Assembly (NCBI GenBank): GCA_963707955.1 | Contig: OY970176.1 | Location: 544,001-608,000 of the forward strand | DNA: 64,000 bases | Source: Candidatus Bathyarchaeota archaeon | Lineage (GTDB): Archaea > Thermoproteota > Bathyarchaeia > Bathyarchaeales > Bathycorpusculaceae | Direction: 5' to 3' | Shown here: positions 9,758-19,198 of the stretch, piece by piece | Numbering within the stretch: position 1 is the stretch's first letter | Layout of the letters: every line of letters begins with the position of its first letter | Notes under the pieces: model-generated | Database searches by the model: none | What the model saw: only the letters and a program-made list of their open reading frames with translations | Told to the model about the DNA's origin: nothing | Position numbers and translations under genes: made by a program

Positions 9758-10803
9758 TAGAAATAACCTCTAACATCCATAGCCTCCGCTACCTCCTCCC
9801 AAACAGCAACACCATTCTCCACTAAATCCTCATGAGACTCAACCCTAAAATCAGGCGACTTCCTATCAACACACAAACACCTAGAACCAAGATAGCGAAC
9901 TTTTACCAACCGACGACCACAATACGGACAAACAGACTTCTTAGCAACATACTTAACCTTCAACTTACGATACGAACAAACACCAAACCAAGTCACAACA
10001 CCAGAACGCTTACGGTCAGTCCTCACCGAAGCATGTGAAAGCTGATACTTAGCTGTGTCAAAAATAGACCTACGCTCCCCCGCAACCCCGCGCCCCTCGT
10101 TGTCCACGGCAACCTTAACTATCCAACCGTCACGCTTGAAACACTCCCTTGTGCGACCCTCAAAACCGTGACACTCAGAACAAAACTGTTTCGTACAAGA
10201 ACGGCAGCGATAACCGCCCGCAACAAAACCTAAGATATGGAAATGAGGGCTGAAGAACCAATACCCCGTCGCCCTATTCAAACGAAAGGCATGGCGAATC
10301 ACGCAACCCCCGATGACGCCACGCCTGCCCAAGGCCTCAAAGAGCAACCTATACAACTCGTCAAGACTCAAACTATAACGCTCGGGCGGAACGGATGCAA
10401 CGATGTGTTCACACTTGCCAAACTGCTTTTCAGCCTCCAACGAACGAAACTCGATACTACGAGCCTCGCGATACAACGAACTCCTAAAGCATATGGGGCA
10501 CGTCAGCTTATGGCAACGATAGAAAACTGGATGCTGATAGACCTGCTCCCGCCATTTCTCACCCTGCAACTGCAGCGGTAGTTCATGCCCTTCGACATTG
10601 AGACAACCCCAACGACCCCGATACTTACCGCAGTTCTCGTTAGTCACAGGCCCATGACCGACGAGTTGGTTAACCCCACAATTACCGTAACTATCATTTA
10701 CAAACTTTTGATACTCTTCATCGTCAAACTCTTCATTATCAGGAAAATCCACATTGGCCAAGGACTGACGGTCAGTCACTAAGAACCCCTCCGTTTGAAG
10801 CAT
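9757..10803 (-). CDS. rep: Rolling-circle replication initiator (HUH endonuclease) with Zn-binding motifs
   Basis: Motif I EHIVASVP, motif II PHFHILG, motif III AKYQLSH; Cys clusters CHKLTCPIC, CRSC...CSEC and CPYC. Confidence 0.85.
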   Translation of the reverse strand: MLQTEGFLVTDRQSLANVDFPDNEEFDDEEYQKFVNDSYGNCGVNQLVGHGPVTNENCGKYRGRWGCLNVEGHELPLQLQGEKWREQVYQHPVFYRCHKLTCPICFRSSLYREARSIEFRSLEAEKQFGKCEHIVASVPPERYSLSLDELYRLLFEALGRRGVIGGCVIRHAFRLNRATGYWFFSPHFHILGFVAGGYRCRSCTKQFCSECHGFEGRTRECFKRDGWIVKVAVDNEGRGVAGERRSIFDTAKYQLSHASVRTDRKRSGVVTWFGVCSYRKLKVKYVAKKSVCPYCGRRLVKVRYLGSRCLCVDRKSPDFRVESHEDLVENGVAVWEEVAEAMDVRGYF

Positions 10804-10910
10804 GCACCAAACGGACAGCGATACACACCAATCTCAACAGTCAAAATCGCATGAGCACAGTAAGCACCAACAAAACAGGACGACCCCTGATTCCCCACCC
10901 GCTCAGCCAT
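10779..10910 (-). CDS. 43-aa Cys-rich protein upstream of rep (not in the ORF track)
   Basis: MAERVGNQGSSCFVGAYCAHAILTVEIGVYRCPFGACFKRRGS*, preceded by GGAGG; its stop overlaps a GTG of rep. Confidence 0.5.
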   Translation of the reverse strand: MAERVGNQGSSCFVGAYCAHAILTVEIGVYRCPFGACFKRRGS

Positions 10911-11150
10911 TCAAAAAGACCTCCAACGCAATCGGGAAAGGCTAAGAAAACAGCCAATCCCAACGCCCGCGAGCATTACGCGGAATATGCCATGGGCTAA
11001 CGCATCAAGCCTTTCAAACATCAATTGGTATGTTTTAGAGCTTAACACATCAACCACACCATCAAGCTCGCCGTTACCCTAATATAAATCTTGGGACACC
11101 TTAGTCATAGTGCCTTGCTACCCGATTTGCGCCGATAGAGGAATGGAAAC

Positions 11151-11984
11151 ATGAAGAACAGAGACATCACAAAAGACGAAATCAATAGAATAACAGAGGA
11201 ATGTCAACCCCGAGAAAAAGCATTCTTCACTGTCATGAGGCAGTCGGGACTAACACCACACGCTATAAAGCAACTCAAAATAGGAAACTTGGAAAGAATT
11301 ATGTATCCAAATACGCCGATACCATGCAAAGTAAGCATACCGTATGAAAAATCCCCAACTTTCATAGGAGAAGAGGCCACCAAATACCTCAAACAATACT
11401 TAGCAACCAGAACCCGCGCGAGAGAGAACCTGACATCACAAAGTCTACTATTCACGATACAAAATAACCCCAAAAAAGAAATCAACACAAAAGACGAAAG
11501 CAGAGCATTCAGACGAGCCGCACAAAAACTAAAAAAGAAAAGAAAAATCAACTACGAAATCAGAAGAGGAAAACCAAGCGAATTACGGCTTTACAGCCTC
11601 ATAGAATTCTACAAAAAAAACACCAACGACTACCGAAAGGAACTAGACAACGACACCATACGCAAGAACGATGAATTCTGCAGAAACCTATATGAAAAAT
11701 TAGCCATGCCTTCCTTAGAAATCGAACCGCCATCACCAATAGAAATACACCAACTAAGAAAGGAAAATCAAGAGCTGAAAGAACAATTTATAAAATTAGA
11801 AAAATCCATGGGACCAGTAACGGCACTGTATTATGAACTCGCAGGAATGATTCCTGCCACTATGTTTCCAGAATTAGAGCCCGTCCCAACAGAAAATGAG
11901 GACGAGACGCACATAGACCAACAACGACACACCGTAACACACAAAAGCGCGCGCGCTAAACCTAGTAAACCAATCCAACATTAA
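11151..11984 (+). CDS. Degenerate tyrosine-recombinase-fold protein, probably catalytically inactive
   Basis: Box I-like MRQSGLTPHAIKQLKIGNL lacks the Arg; the HxxR position reads YSLI; C-terminal coiled coil. Confidence 0.65.
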   Translation: MKNRDITKDEINRITEECQPREKAFFTVMRQSGLTPHAIKQLKIGNLERIMYPNTPIPCKVSIPYEKSPTFIGEEATKYLKQYLATRTRARENLTSQSLLFTIQNNPKKEINTKDESRAFRRAAQKLKKKRKINYEIRRGKPSELRLYSLIEFYKKNTNDYRKELDNDTIRKNDEFCRNLYEKLAMPSLEIEPPSPIEIHQLRKENQELKEQFIKLEKSMGPVTALYYELAGMIPATMFPELEPVPTENEDETHIDQQRHTVTHKSARAKPSKPIQH

Positions 11985-12282
11985 AAAGAAACCAAGGTTT
12001 CTTTGCCCGCCAATCATCCTTTGTATGATGAAAAAATTTATTGTCTCGAAGAATCCCAAAGCATCTTGCCCGCCATTCGGCTCTCTCAACATAAATTTTT
12101 CGCTTTTCTCTCCCCTTGAAAAGCGTCTTACATGAAAAAACGACCCCAACGAAATCATGAAGCATCATGAACATAAAGGAACGCAAGAAAATGAAAACAC
12201 TAAAAAGAACCCAACAAGAAATAAGGAATGCCCAACTCTGGGCAGAAATTCAGCTCCCAAAACTTTTAGGAGAAAAGAAAGC

Positions 12283-12696
12283 ATGAACACCAACAAAGAC
12301 ACGACAGAAAACAATGAACAATCAACAACAACAACTAACAATAAAACAACCTCCGTAGAATTACTAAGGTTGAGCGAAGGTTGGTATACTAAACCACTAC
12401 AGCCACCGTTTTCCCGATATAACCACCAAATCGAGACACAAGTGGAAGCTATACGACGACCCCAACCACCTGTCAACTACCTAGACCTCATAATAAACAC
12501 TTGCATCAAAGCAACCAACGAAGGAAAAGCAGAAAACACCATTTCAGCCTTTTTCCACAGACTAAGGCAACTAAGCAGAGAAGCAGACCTAATGAAGTCC
12601 GAAGAAGTGAAGACCGCAATAGCAAAGGCAAAGAACAACAAAACAAAGAAACAAACGAAAAACAACTCAACGCCCGTTGGCTTGTCCCTAAATTAA
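12283..12696 (+). pseudogene. int(N) of element I fused in frame to a truncated paralogous integrase
   Basis: ATG 12283 after AGGAGA; WYTKPL...AIRRPQP...KATNEGKAENTISAFFHRLRQLSREADLM aligns with the 6586 integrase, then breaks off near 12670. Confidence 0.8.
12378..12463 (-). tRNA. 5' half of tRNA-Pro with a different 50-nt D-loop intron (12397-12446); includes attR
   Basis: Reverse complement GGGGTCGTCGTATAGCT-[50 nt]-TGGTTTAGTATACCAACCT; helix ATAG/CTGT and intron stems CCACT/GGTGG and TCTCGAT/ATCGGGA. Confidence 0.8.
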
Positions 12697-12830
12697 CCGC
12701 ACGTGCAATGTTTGACTGCAACATCACACTAACGCATTTTTATAAACCGCAGTTATCTGTTAGTGAAGAGAGGTAGGTTTATGAGATTTTATGCTTGCGC
12801 TAATTTAAAAAGCCAATCGCGGAAAATATC

Positions 12831-13505
12831 ATGAGTTCTCAAATAGACTTGTACCGAGACATCCACAAGGGCCAACGCCGTAGGTTCTTCAACATTGCAA
12901 CTCAAGCGGGAATCCTCGACTACACCGACCCGAAAGCCCTTGATTCACTGTACGATGAACTCTATTCCTTCAGGGAACACATGCGCCTTCACGCTCATTT
13001 GGAAGAGAAATTCATTCACACTGTTCTGTCTCAAAGAGTTCCAGGCGGCGCCACGCAACTTGAAGAGGATCACCGCGTTATTCGTCAAGAATTCGATGAC
13101 CTAATCGCGCATTTCGATGGCATGAGAACCAAACCTGTTGATTTCGAAAAACGTGGAGAGCTCGCCCTCGAATTCTACCGAGCGTGGAGCCGCTTCATTG
13201 CATTCTACTTTATGCACATCAACAGAGAAGAAGAACAGATCATGCCCGTCCTGTGGAAGCTCTGCACAGTCGAAGAGCTTGCTGAAACACATAAATTGAT
13301 GATCACTGACCAAAAACAGGAAGAACTCGTCGAAGACTTCGAGATGATACTTCCAAACGCGAATTTGCAGGAACGAGTTGAGATTCTCGGAACACTTCAA
13401 GTTTTAACGTCACCTGAGGCATACCAAGAGTTCCTCAAGCTTGCGGAACGCATTCTCGAACCAAACGATTGGGCAAATCTGAAGACAGAACTCGGACTTA
13501 CATAG
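12831..13505 (+). CDS. Hemerythrin-domain protein
   Basis: IHKG, HAHLEE, EEDH and HINREE motifs. Confidence 0.88.
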   Translation: MSSQIDLYRDIHKGQRRRFFNIATQAGILDYTDPKALDSLYDELYSFREHMRLHAHLEEKFIHTVLSQRVPGGATQLEEDHRVIRQEFDDLIAHFDGMRTKPVDFEKRGELALEFYRAWSRFIAFYFMHINREEEQIMPVLWKLCTVEELAETHKLMITDQKQEELVEDFEMILPNANLQERVEILGTLQVLTSPEAYQEFLKLAERILEPNDWANLKTELGLT

Positions 13506-13582
13506 ATCTGCTTGTATAGCGTGCAGCTTTTCTCATCCGAGCACTATTTAGCGCGCGCCTAACGCTTGCCGTGATGAGAGCA

Positions 13583-14068
13583 TTAAGGTTTGAGCCTATT
13601 CATCATCTCGTTTGCGAAGGCTCTTGCCCGCTCCAATCTTGCTGCATCGGGCTGACCTTGACTGGCTCGCACGGATGCACGGGCTTGTGGATGAATTCGC
13701 ACGAAAGTTTTGACCAGTCGAGAGGCTTGTACTTGGCAGTCAAAAATGCCAATAATATTAGCCCCCACAGCAGCGTCCTTGAATTTCTGAATCCATCCTT
13801 GCAAAGGCGGTGCATCCTCGGGCGCCATGTGAGTGAGAAAGAGCGCTATTGCTTTATCCTCGACATGTGTTTCTAAGAAGGCCTTAGCTTGTCTATTTGG
13901 ACCAGATGCATATATTGGAAACCCTAGAAATGAGAGGTCGTAGCCTTCAAGTGATGTGACGTTTTCGATTCGCCTAATCTCTTTTGGTTTAGGAATCGCA
14001 TCATAAATGGCTTCGGCAACTTTCTTTGTATTTCCAGTCCGAGGCATGTAAGCAACTAAGACTTTCAC
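13583..14068 (-). CDS. Flavodoxin-family protein
   Basis: VLVAYMPRTGNTKKVAEAI FMN-binding loop; GTG start at 14068 downstream of a TTTATAAA box. Confidence 0.85.
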   Translation of the reverse strand: MKVLVAYMPRTGNTKKVAEAIYDAIPKPKEIRRIENVTSLEGYDLSFLGFPIYASGPNRQAKAFLETHVEDKAIALFLTHMAPEDAPPLQGWIQKFKDAAVGANIIGIFDCQVQASRLVKTFVRIHPQARASVRASQGQPDAARLERARAFANEMMNRLKP

Positions 14069-14304
14069 GTATAATTCCCGATGCACTACTGATTGGGCAG
14101 TATTTATAAAGCTAGTAGCGCGCGCCACTACAAAATAACAGCTTACGGATTCGCTAAAGCGCGCGCGCTACCATGATGTGGCACTCGCTTACGCTCGTGC
14201 TCCGCTAAAACGCCTTCCAAAACCAACCAACCACGAAAGCGCGCGCGCTACACACCAAAAAAGGGGAAAGTAGAGGCAACTAAAAAGCCTAACTCGCGCG
14301 CTTA

Positions 14305-14796
14305 TCAGCTTCTCTTCACTAACTCTTTTGCTAAATTTGAGAATGAAAGAAAACCAGAATCTTCATTAAGATTCACTAAGAAACTTGCCGAATACGTCAC
14401 TTCCCAAAACTCATTCTTTTCAAGTTTTCTTTTAAATTCTGCATAAGAAGAGTAGTCTTCATGAAGCGAAACAACCAAGTGCGAAGACTTCAAGCCTAAC
14501 CCTCTTTCAAACATTAGAATATTTGAGAAAGTGCCTAGCGCCCTTCCAAACTCTTTCGAATCAGGTTCCTTAACCATGGCAAGAAAGGTTATAGCCAAGA
14601 TTTCAAACCCTAACTTGCGGAAGTCTGGAATTGCGGTATATTCTCTTATGACCTTTTCTTTTTCGAGTCTAGCCCTTAATCTTGTGACTGTCGGTTGGGA
14701 AACGCCTACAGACCTAGCTAGTTCTCTGTCACTTCTTCGACTGTCCTTCATAAGCTCACTGATTAGTTTTGATTCAACAGTTTTCAACGTAAGCAC
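14305..14796 (-). CDS. Lrp/AsnC-family transcriptional regulator
   Basis: DSRRSDRELARSVGVSQPTVTR HTH; YTAIPDFRKLG. Confidence 0.88.
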   Translation of the reverse strand: MLTLKTVESKLISELMKDSRRSDRELARSVGVSQPTVTRLRARLEKEKVIREYTAIPDFRKLGFEILAITFLAMVKEPDSKEFGRALGTFSNILMFERGLGLKSSHLVVSLHEDYSSYAEFKRKLEKNEFWEVTYSASFLVNLNEDSGFLSFSNLAKELVKRS

Positions 14797-15060
14797 GTTC
14801 CTAAGATAAACTCTTGAATAGAATATAACATTGTTTTTAAGAATTGTTGCAGAACTACGACGAACTTCAAAATTTATAAAAAAGAAGGGAAAATGGCTAG
14901 AGAGCGAAAACCAAAGGCCAGAAAATAAGGGTTAATACCCAGTTTTACACCGCCAATTGGAATTTCGCCTAGTCAATCAACGTGCCAACATGTTTTCCCT
15001 TGACGACCATCAAAACGTTTTCGATGTTGAACCCTGAATTCTCTCTTCTCATACTTCAAA

Positions 15061-15396
15061 TCAAAGTTCGTCAGCGTCTGTGACTGGCCTAGGGTTTTCT
15101 TCCGCAAAATGTGTGGGTGCCTTTTTACTGATCAAGCGTTTCTGTATAAACTCATAGCCGCACTCACACTTGAACCCGACGGTCTCGTTCTTTATCGTCA
15201 GCAGACTGTTGATGCGTGATGCTTTGCATCCTGTCTCTAGTTTGTGCATCCTCCACGTCAAAGCAAGATCGTCCAGATTCATAGGGTGAAGCGTTTCCGC
15301 TTTAAACATGAACCAAACGGCATATGACACCAAGCCGACCCAGAAAATCAAAGCTAGCCATTCCAGCACTTTTTCACAACCATGCTTGCCACGCAT
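15061..15396 (-). CDS. Hypothetical membrane-anchored protein with a Zn-binding motif
   Basis: N-terminal TM; H...C and CECG. Confidence 0.6.
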   Translation of the reverse strand: MRGKHGCEKVLEWLALIFWVGLVSYAVWFMFKAETLHPMNLDDLALTWRMHKLETGCKASRINSLLTIKNETVGFKCECGYEFIQKRLISKKAPTHFAEENPRPVTDADEL

Positions 15397-15619
15397 AATC
15401 TAGATATTTCACCATTACGCACCTGATGTTTAAGACAAGCCTTAGATTAAACAATTGTGAACTAAGCATCATTAGTTCAAATCAAAGATTGCGACGTTAC
15501 ATATTTGGCTCCAAATATGCATGATACATTGAAACCGAGGAGGGGTACCAGACGGCTCTCCACGTTTAGACGCATGCAAAGAAGACTCTGCAGCATCGCG
15601 GACAAAATACAACGTCGAC

Positions 15620-15877
15620 ATGCGAAAAGTCAGGTTTGAACTCGTCCTCGAACTCAAAGCCCTCACCGAACAAGCCCAACAAAAAGCCATCGACACGCAC
15701 GCCTCCAAAGTTGAAACCAAACAAGGCTGGTCCCGCCTAGCAGCCTACATCAGCCAAGTCATCAACGGCATCGGCAAAACCTACGACGAAGCAAAAATAG
15801 ACGCTGACCTCCAAGAACTCAAACCTCATCCAAGAAATCAGCAAAAAAAACAGCAAACCCCAACACAACAACAATAA
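15620..15877 (+). CDS. Small helical protein resembling archaeal mobile-element ORFs (possible relic)
   Basis: WSRLAAYISQVINGIGKTYDE; A/C-rich composition like element I. Confidence 0.5.
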   Translation: MRKVRFELVLELKALTEQAQQKAIDTHASKVETKQGWSRLAAYISQVINGIGKTYDEAKIDADLQELKPHPRNQQKKQQTPTQQQ

Positions 15878-16040
15878 CAGGCCAGCGTGTTGGCCGTAAC
15901 ACCAGTGGAAGTGGAGATATCTCCCGCAAAACTCTTTATTTCATCTTTTTGGTCAGCGCGTGCTGTATGCCTCGGCGCATTCAAGCCAGGTTATAGAATC
16001 TGTTATAAGTGGTGCCGTTTTGAAGTTTGTCGTGAGGAAA

Positions 16041-17297
16041 ATGGTTGAGCTAAAGAGAACTCTGAATCTTTTGGATGCCACGGCAATTGGCGTCGGGGCG
16101 ATAATCGGTGCGGGAATCTTCGTTGTGCTGGGCATCGCCGTAGGCTATGCTGGGCCGGCGGTTATCGTATCAATGGTCATTGCAGGAACTGTTGCCTTGT
16201 TCACCGCACTCAGCTTCGCTGAACTGGGTTCTGCAATTCCAAAGCAGGGAGGCACATACGAGTTTGCTTACGAACTGATCTCTCCTTTCGTCGCATTTAT
16301 CTCTGGATGCTTGTGGCTTTTCGGCCAGACCGTGGCCGGAGCAGCTGTGAGCTTGGCGTTGGCAAGTTACGTTGTAGCGGTGTTCCCGTTTTTTCCTTTG
16401 AAAGTCATTGCGGTTTCAGCCGCACTGGTTTTCACGGGTTTAAACCTCGTCGGAACGAAGCATTCGGCCATGATCAACAACATTTTGGTTCTAGTGAAAA
16501 TCGTGATCCTCTGTCTGTTTGTTAGTTTCGGAGTTTTTCAAGTGAATTCGCAAAACTATTCACCGTTTGCGCCGTTTGGCATTGTTGGAATCCTTCAGGG
16601 AGCAGGGTTCATTTTCTTTGCATACATAGGTTTCGGAAGGATAGCAGCGCTCGGCGAAGAGGTAAAGAACCCGAGGAGAACGTTGCCGCTGGCCATCTTG
16701 CTTGCCCTGACCACCTCGGTGATTTTGTATGTTGCGACGGGTTTTGTCGCAACAGGTCTGCAAAACTATCGAATTTTGGCAGGGTCGGGGTCGCCACTTG
16801 TTAATGCTGCGAGAGCGACGGGAAACTTCACACTAATAGCGGCTATTTCTTTTGGGGCCATTGTGGCCACTGCGAGTGTTCTTTTGACCAACCTGATCGG
16901 CTTGTCCAGGGTCTCATTTGCGATGGCGAGAAACGGACAGCTTCCAAAGTCTCTGGCAACAATCCACTCTAGACTCGGAACCCCTTATGTTTCAATTCTT
17001 TTGACTGGCGCGCTGATGACTAGCTTGGCCTTTGTTACTGATCTAAGGGAAACTGCGGCAATAACGAGTTTGTCACTTCTGTCCACTCATATCATTCTGC
17101 ACGTTTCAGCGATAAGACTCAGAAAGAAAATGCCGAACTTGAAAAACTTTAGGGCTCCATTTTACCCGTTGATTCCTTCCTTTGGTTTGGTCAGTTGCGT
17201 CATTCTGATGTTTTCACTGCCTATAGAAGCATGGATCGTTTGGGCTGGGTTCGTGATAGCCATCTCAGTCTACTATCTGCTAAGAAACAGACCTTGA
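16041..17297 (+). CDS. APC-family amino acid permease
   Basis: GAIIGAGIF, FAELGSAIPKQGG and FFAYIGF...GEEVKNP motifs; about 12 TMs. Confidence 0.92.
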   Translation: MVELKRTLNLLDATAIGVGAIIGAGIFVVLGIAVGYAGPAVIVSMVIAGTVALFTALSFAELGSAIPKQGGTYEFAYELISPFVAFISGCLWLFGQTVAGAAVSLALASYVVAVFPFFPLKVIAVSAALVFTGLNLVGTKHSAMINNILVLVKIVILCLFVSFGVFQVNSQNYSPFAPFGIVGILQGAGFIFFAYIGFGRIAALGEEVKNPRRTLPLAILLALTTSVILYVATGFVATGLQNYRILAGSGSPLVNAARATGNFTLIAAISFGAIVATASVLLTNLIGLSRVSFAMARNGQLPKSLATIHSRLGTPYVSILLTGALMTSLAFVTDLRETAAITSLSLLSTHIILHVSAIRLRKKMPNLKNFRAPFYPLIPSFGLVSCVILMFSLPIEAWIVWAGFVIAISVYYLLRNRP

Positions 17298-17597
17298 CGT
17301 GCTTGTGCAGGACGTGCTTGTCTATTTGGTACACCAAGACGAACAGACTCTGATCTGAAGGGAAAAGCTGCAGATCTGGATCAGATACTTCCAAATGAGA
17401 TTCTTCTCCCTTGGGGGTTCAGCGAGAGAGCCCGCGCGCTCTTGACTCATACTTGAACTTGGTCAAACCGTAATCAGCGAAGACGCTGCCGGTTCGTGAA
17501 TGAGGCATTGATGAGAATTTCATTCCACGGTACAGGGAGGCTAGGGTTAAATAAACGTGGGTCCTCACCGATACTCGCTAGGTTCGCGGTGTTCATC

Positions 17598-19034
17598 GTG
17601 AAAGAATATGACTTTATAGTATTAGGCACAGGCTCGGCCATGGAAATAGTCAACGTGCTGATTGAAGATAATCCAAGCGTGAGAGCCGCAATAATAGACA
17701 AGGATGAGCCAGGCGGCATCTGTCTCACCCGTGGTTGCATTCCCTCCAAAATTCTCCTGTACTCTGCAGAATTAGTAAGGACAATAGAAAGAGCCAAGGA
17801 GTTCGGCATATCTACTGATATCAAGAACGTTGATTTTCAGAAAGTCATGCAGAGAATGAGAACACTGATCGACGAGGAAATCAACAATTTGAGGCAAGGG
17901 CTTTTTCATTCCAAGAACCTAGACTACTACAACAGCGTGGCCCAATTTGTCGCGCCCTACACGTTGAAGGTTGGCAACGAAACCATTACCTCAAAAATGA
18001 TTTTTCTATGCTGCGGGTCGAAACCAATTATACCTGCAATAGCCGGTCTCGAAAGCGTACCCTACCTCACAAGCGACACGATCCTCAAGCTTGATCGCCT
18101 CCCTAAGAGCATCGCAATCATCGGTGGCGGGTACATAGCTGCTGAGTACGGCCATTTCCTTTCAGCCATGGGGTCCAAGGTCACGATAATTGGCAGAAAT
18201 CCACAGTTCATTCCGGAGGAAGAGCCAGAAGTGTCCGCCTTGGCCAAGAGAGAACTGCAGAAGCACATGACCGTTATCACGAACCATGAAGTGCGCAGAG
18301 TCGAGAACGCTTCGGCGGGCAGGAGAAGGGTGATTGCAGTTGACAGAGAAACAGGAAAGGAAGCTGAGATATTGACAGACGAGATACTCGTCGCGTCGGG
18401 AAGAGGACCGAACTCGGACATACTACGTCCAGAAAGGGCCGGAATCAAAACCGACGAAAAAGGCTGGATCATCGTTAATGAGTATTTGGAGACATCTCAG
18501 CCTAACGTTTGGGCCTTCGGCGACGCGGACGGCAAATACTTGTTTAAGCACGTGGCAAACTACGAGGCTCTACTCGTATATTTCAACGCTGTACAAAAGA
18601 AGGGCGTCAAAGTCGACTATCACGCCGTCCCACATGCTATCTTCACTTATCCAGAAATCGCATTGGTGGGACTAAAGGAGAAGGAGGCAATAGAAAAGTA
18701 CGGCCAAGAAAACGTTCTGATCGGCTTTCACAGGTATGAAGACACGGCCAAAGGAGAAGCTATGGGCGTGAGAGACTATTTTGTAAAGGTAATACTTGAA
18801 AAAGACACGTTGAAAATCATAGGCGCACACATCATCGGGCCCTCCGCTTCAGTTCTCATCCAGGAGATAGTGAACGTGATGTACACCGATGAACAAACTG
18901 CAGAGCCGCTCATCAAGGCAATGCACATCCACCCGGCGTTAAGCGAGGTTGTGGCGAGAGCCTTCAGTCCGCTCATGACCCCCCAGCTGTACCACCACAC
19001 TATCGAAGAGCACTATGGCCTGTCCATCAAGTAA
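17598..19034 (+). CDS. lpdA: Dihydrolipoamide dehydrogenase-family flavoprotein
   Basis: GGICLTRGCIPSK redox disulfide, GGGYIAAE, HIHPALSE. Confidence 0.88.
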   Translation: MKEYDFIVLGTGSAMEIVNVLIEDNPSVRAAIIDKDEPGGICLTRGCIPSKILLYSAELVRTIERAKEFGISTDIKNVDFQKVMQRMRTLIDEEINNLRQGLFHSKNLDYYNSVAQFVAPYTLKVGNETITSKMIFLCCGSKPIIPAIAGLESVPYLTSDTILKLDRLPKSIAIIGGGYIAAEYGHFLSAMGSKVTIIGRNPQFIPEEEPEVSALAKRELQKHMTVITNHEVRRVENASAGRRRVIAVDRETGKEAEILTDEILVASGRGPNSDILRPERAGIKTDEKGWIIVNEYLETSQPNVWAFGDADGKYLFKHVANYEALLVYFNAVQKKGVKVDYHAVPHAIFTYPEIALVGLKEKEAIEKYGQENVLIGFHRYEDTAKGEAMGVRDYFVKVILEKDTLKIIGAHIIGPSASVLIQEIVNVMYTDEQTAEPLIKAMHIHPALSEVVARAFSPLMTPQLYHHTIEEHYGLSIK

Positions 19035-19198
19035 TGCATCGACGAGCATGCTAACGCTGCCTCACAGTGCCAGCGACCCTCCGTAAGAAGCTCCCCACGG
19101 CACGTGGAAATCCTTCCGAATTCTACAACAACCTTATATGTCCACATTTAATCAATGGCAAACAAGCGGTCGTCTCAAGCTGAAAAGAAGGAGTCGAT

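Larger units (their letters stand above)
6581..12398. mobile_element. Element I: integrated rolling-circle plasmid/virus-like element (~5.8 kb) in tRNA-Pro
   Basis: Terminal direct repeat AGGT(C)TGGTATACTAAACCACT at 6581-6602 and 12378-12398; split tyrosine recombinase; HUH Rep; A/C-rich + strand. Confidence 0.85.

Noticed and set aside
17325-17340. TTGGTACACCAAGAC as a third tRNA-Pro att remnant
   Set aside because: The match is short with several mismatches and is not followed by tRNA 5' exon sequence.
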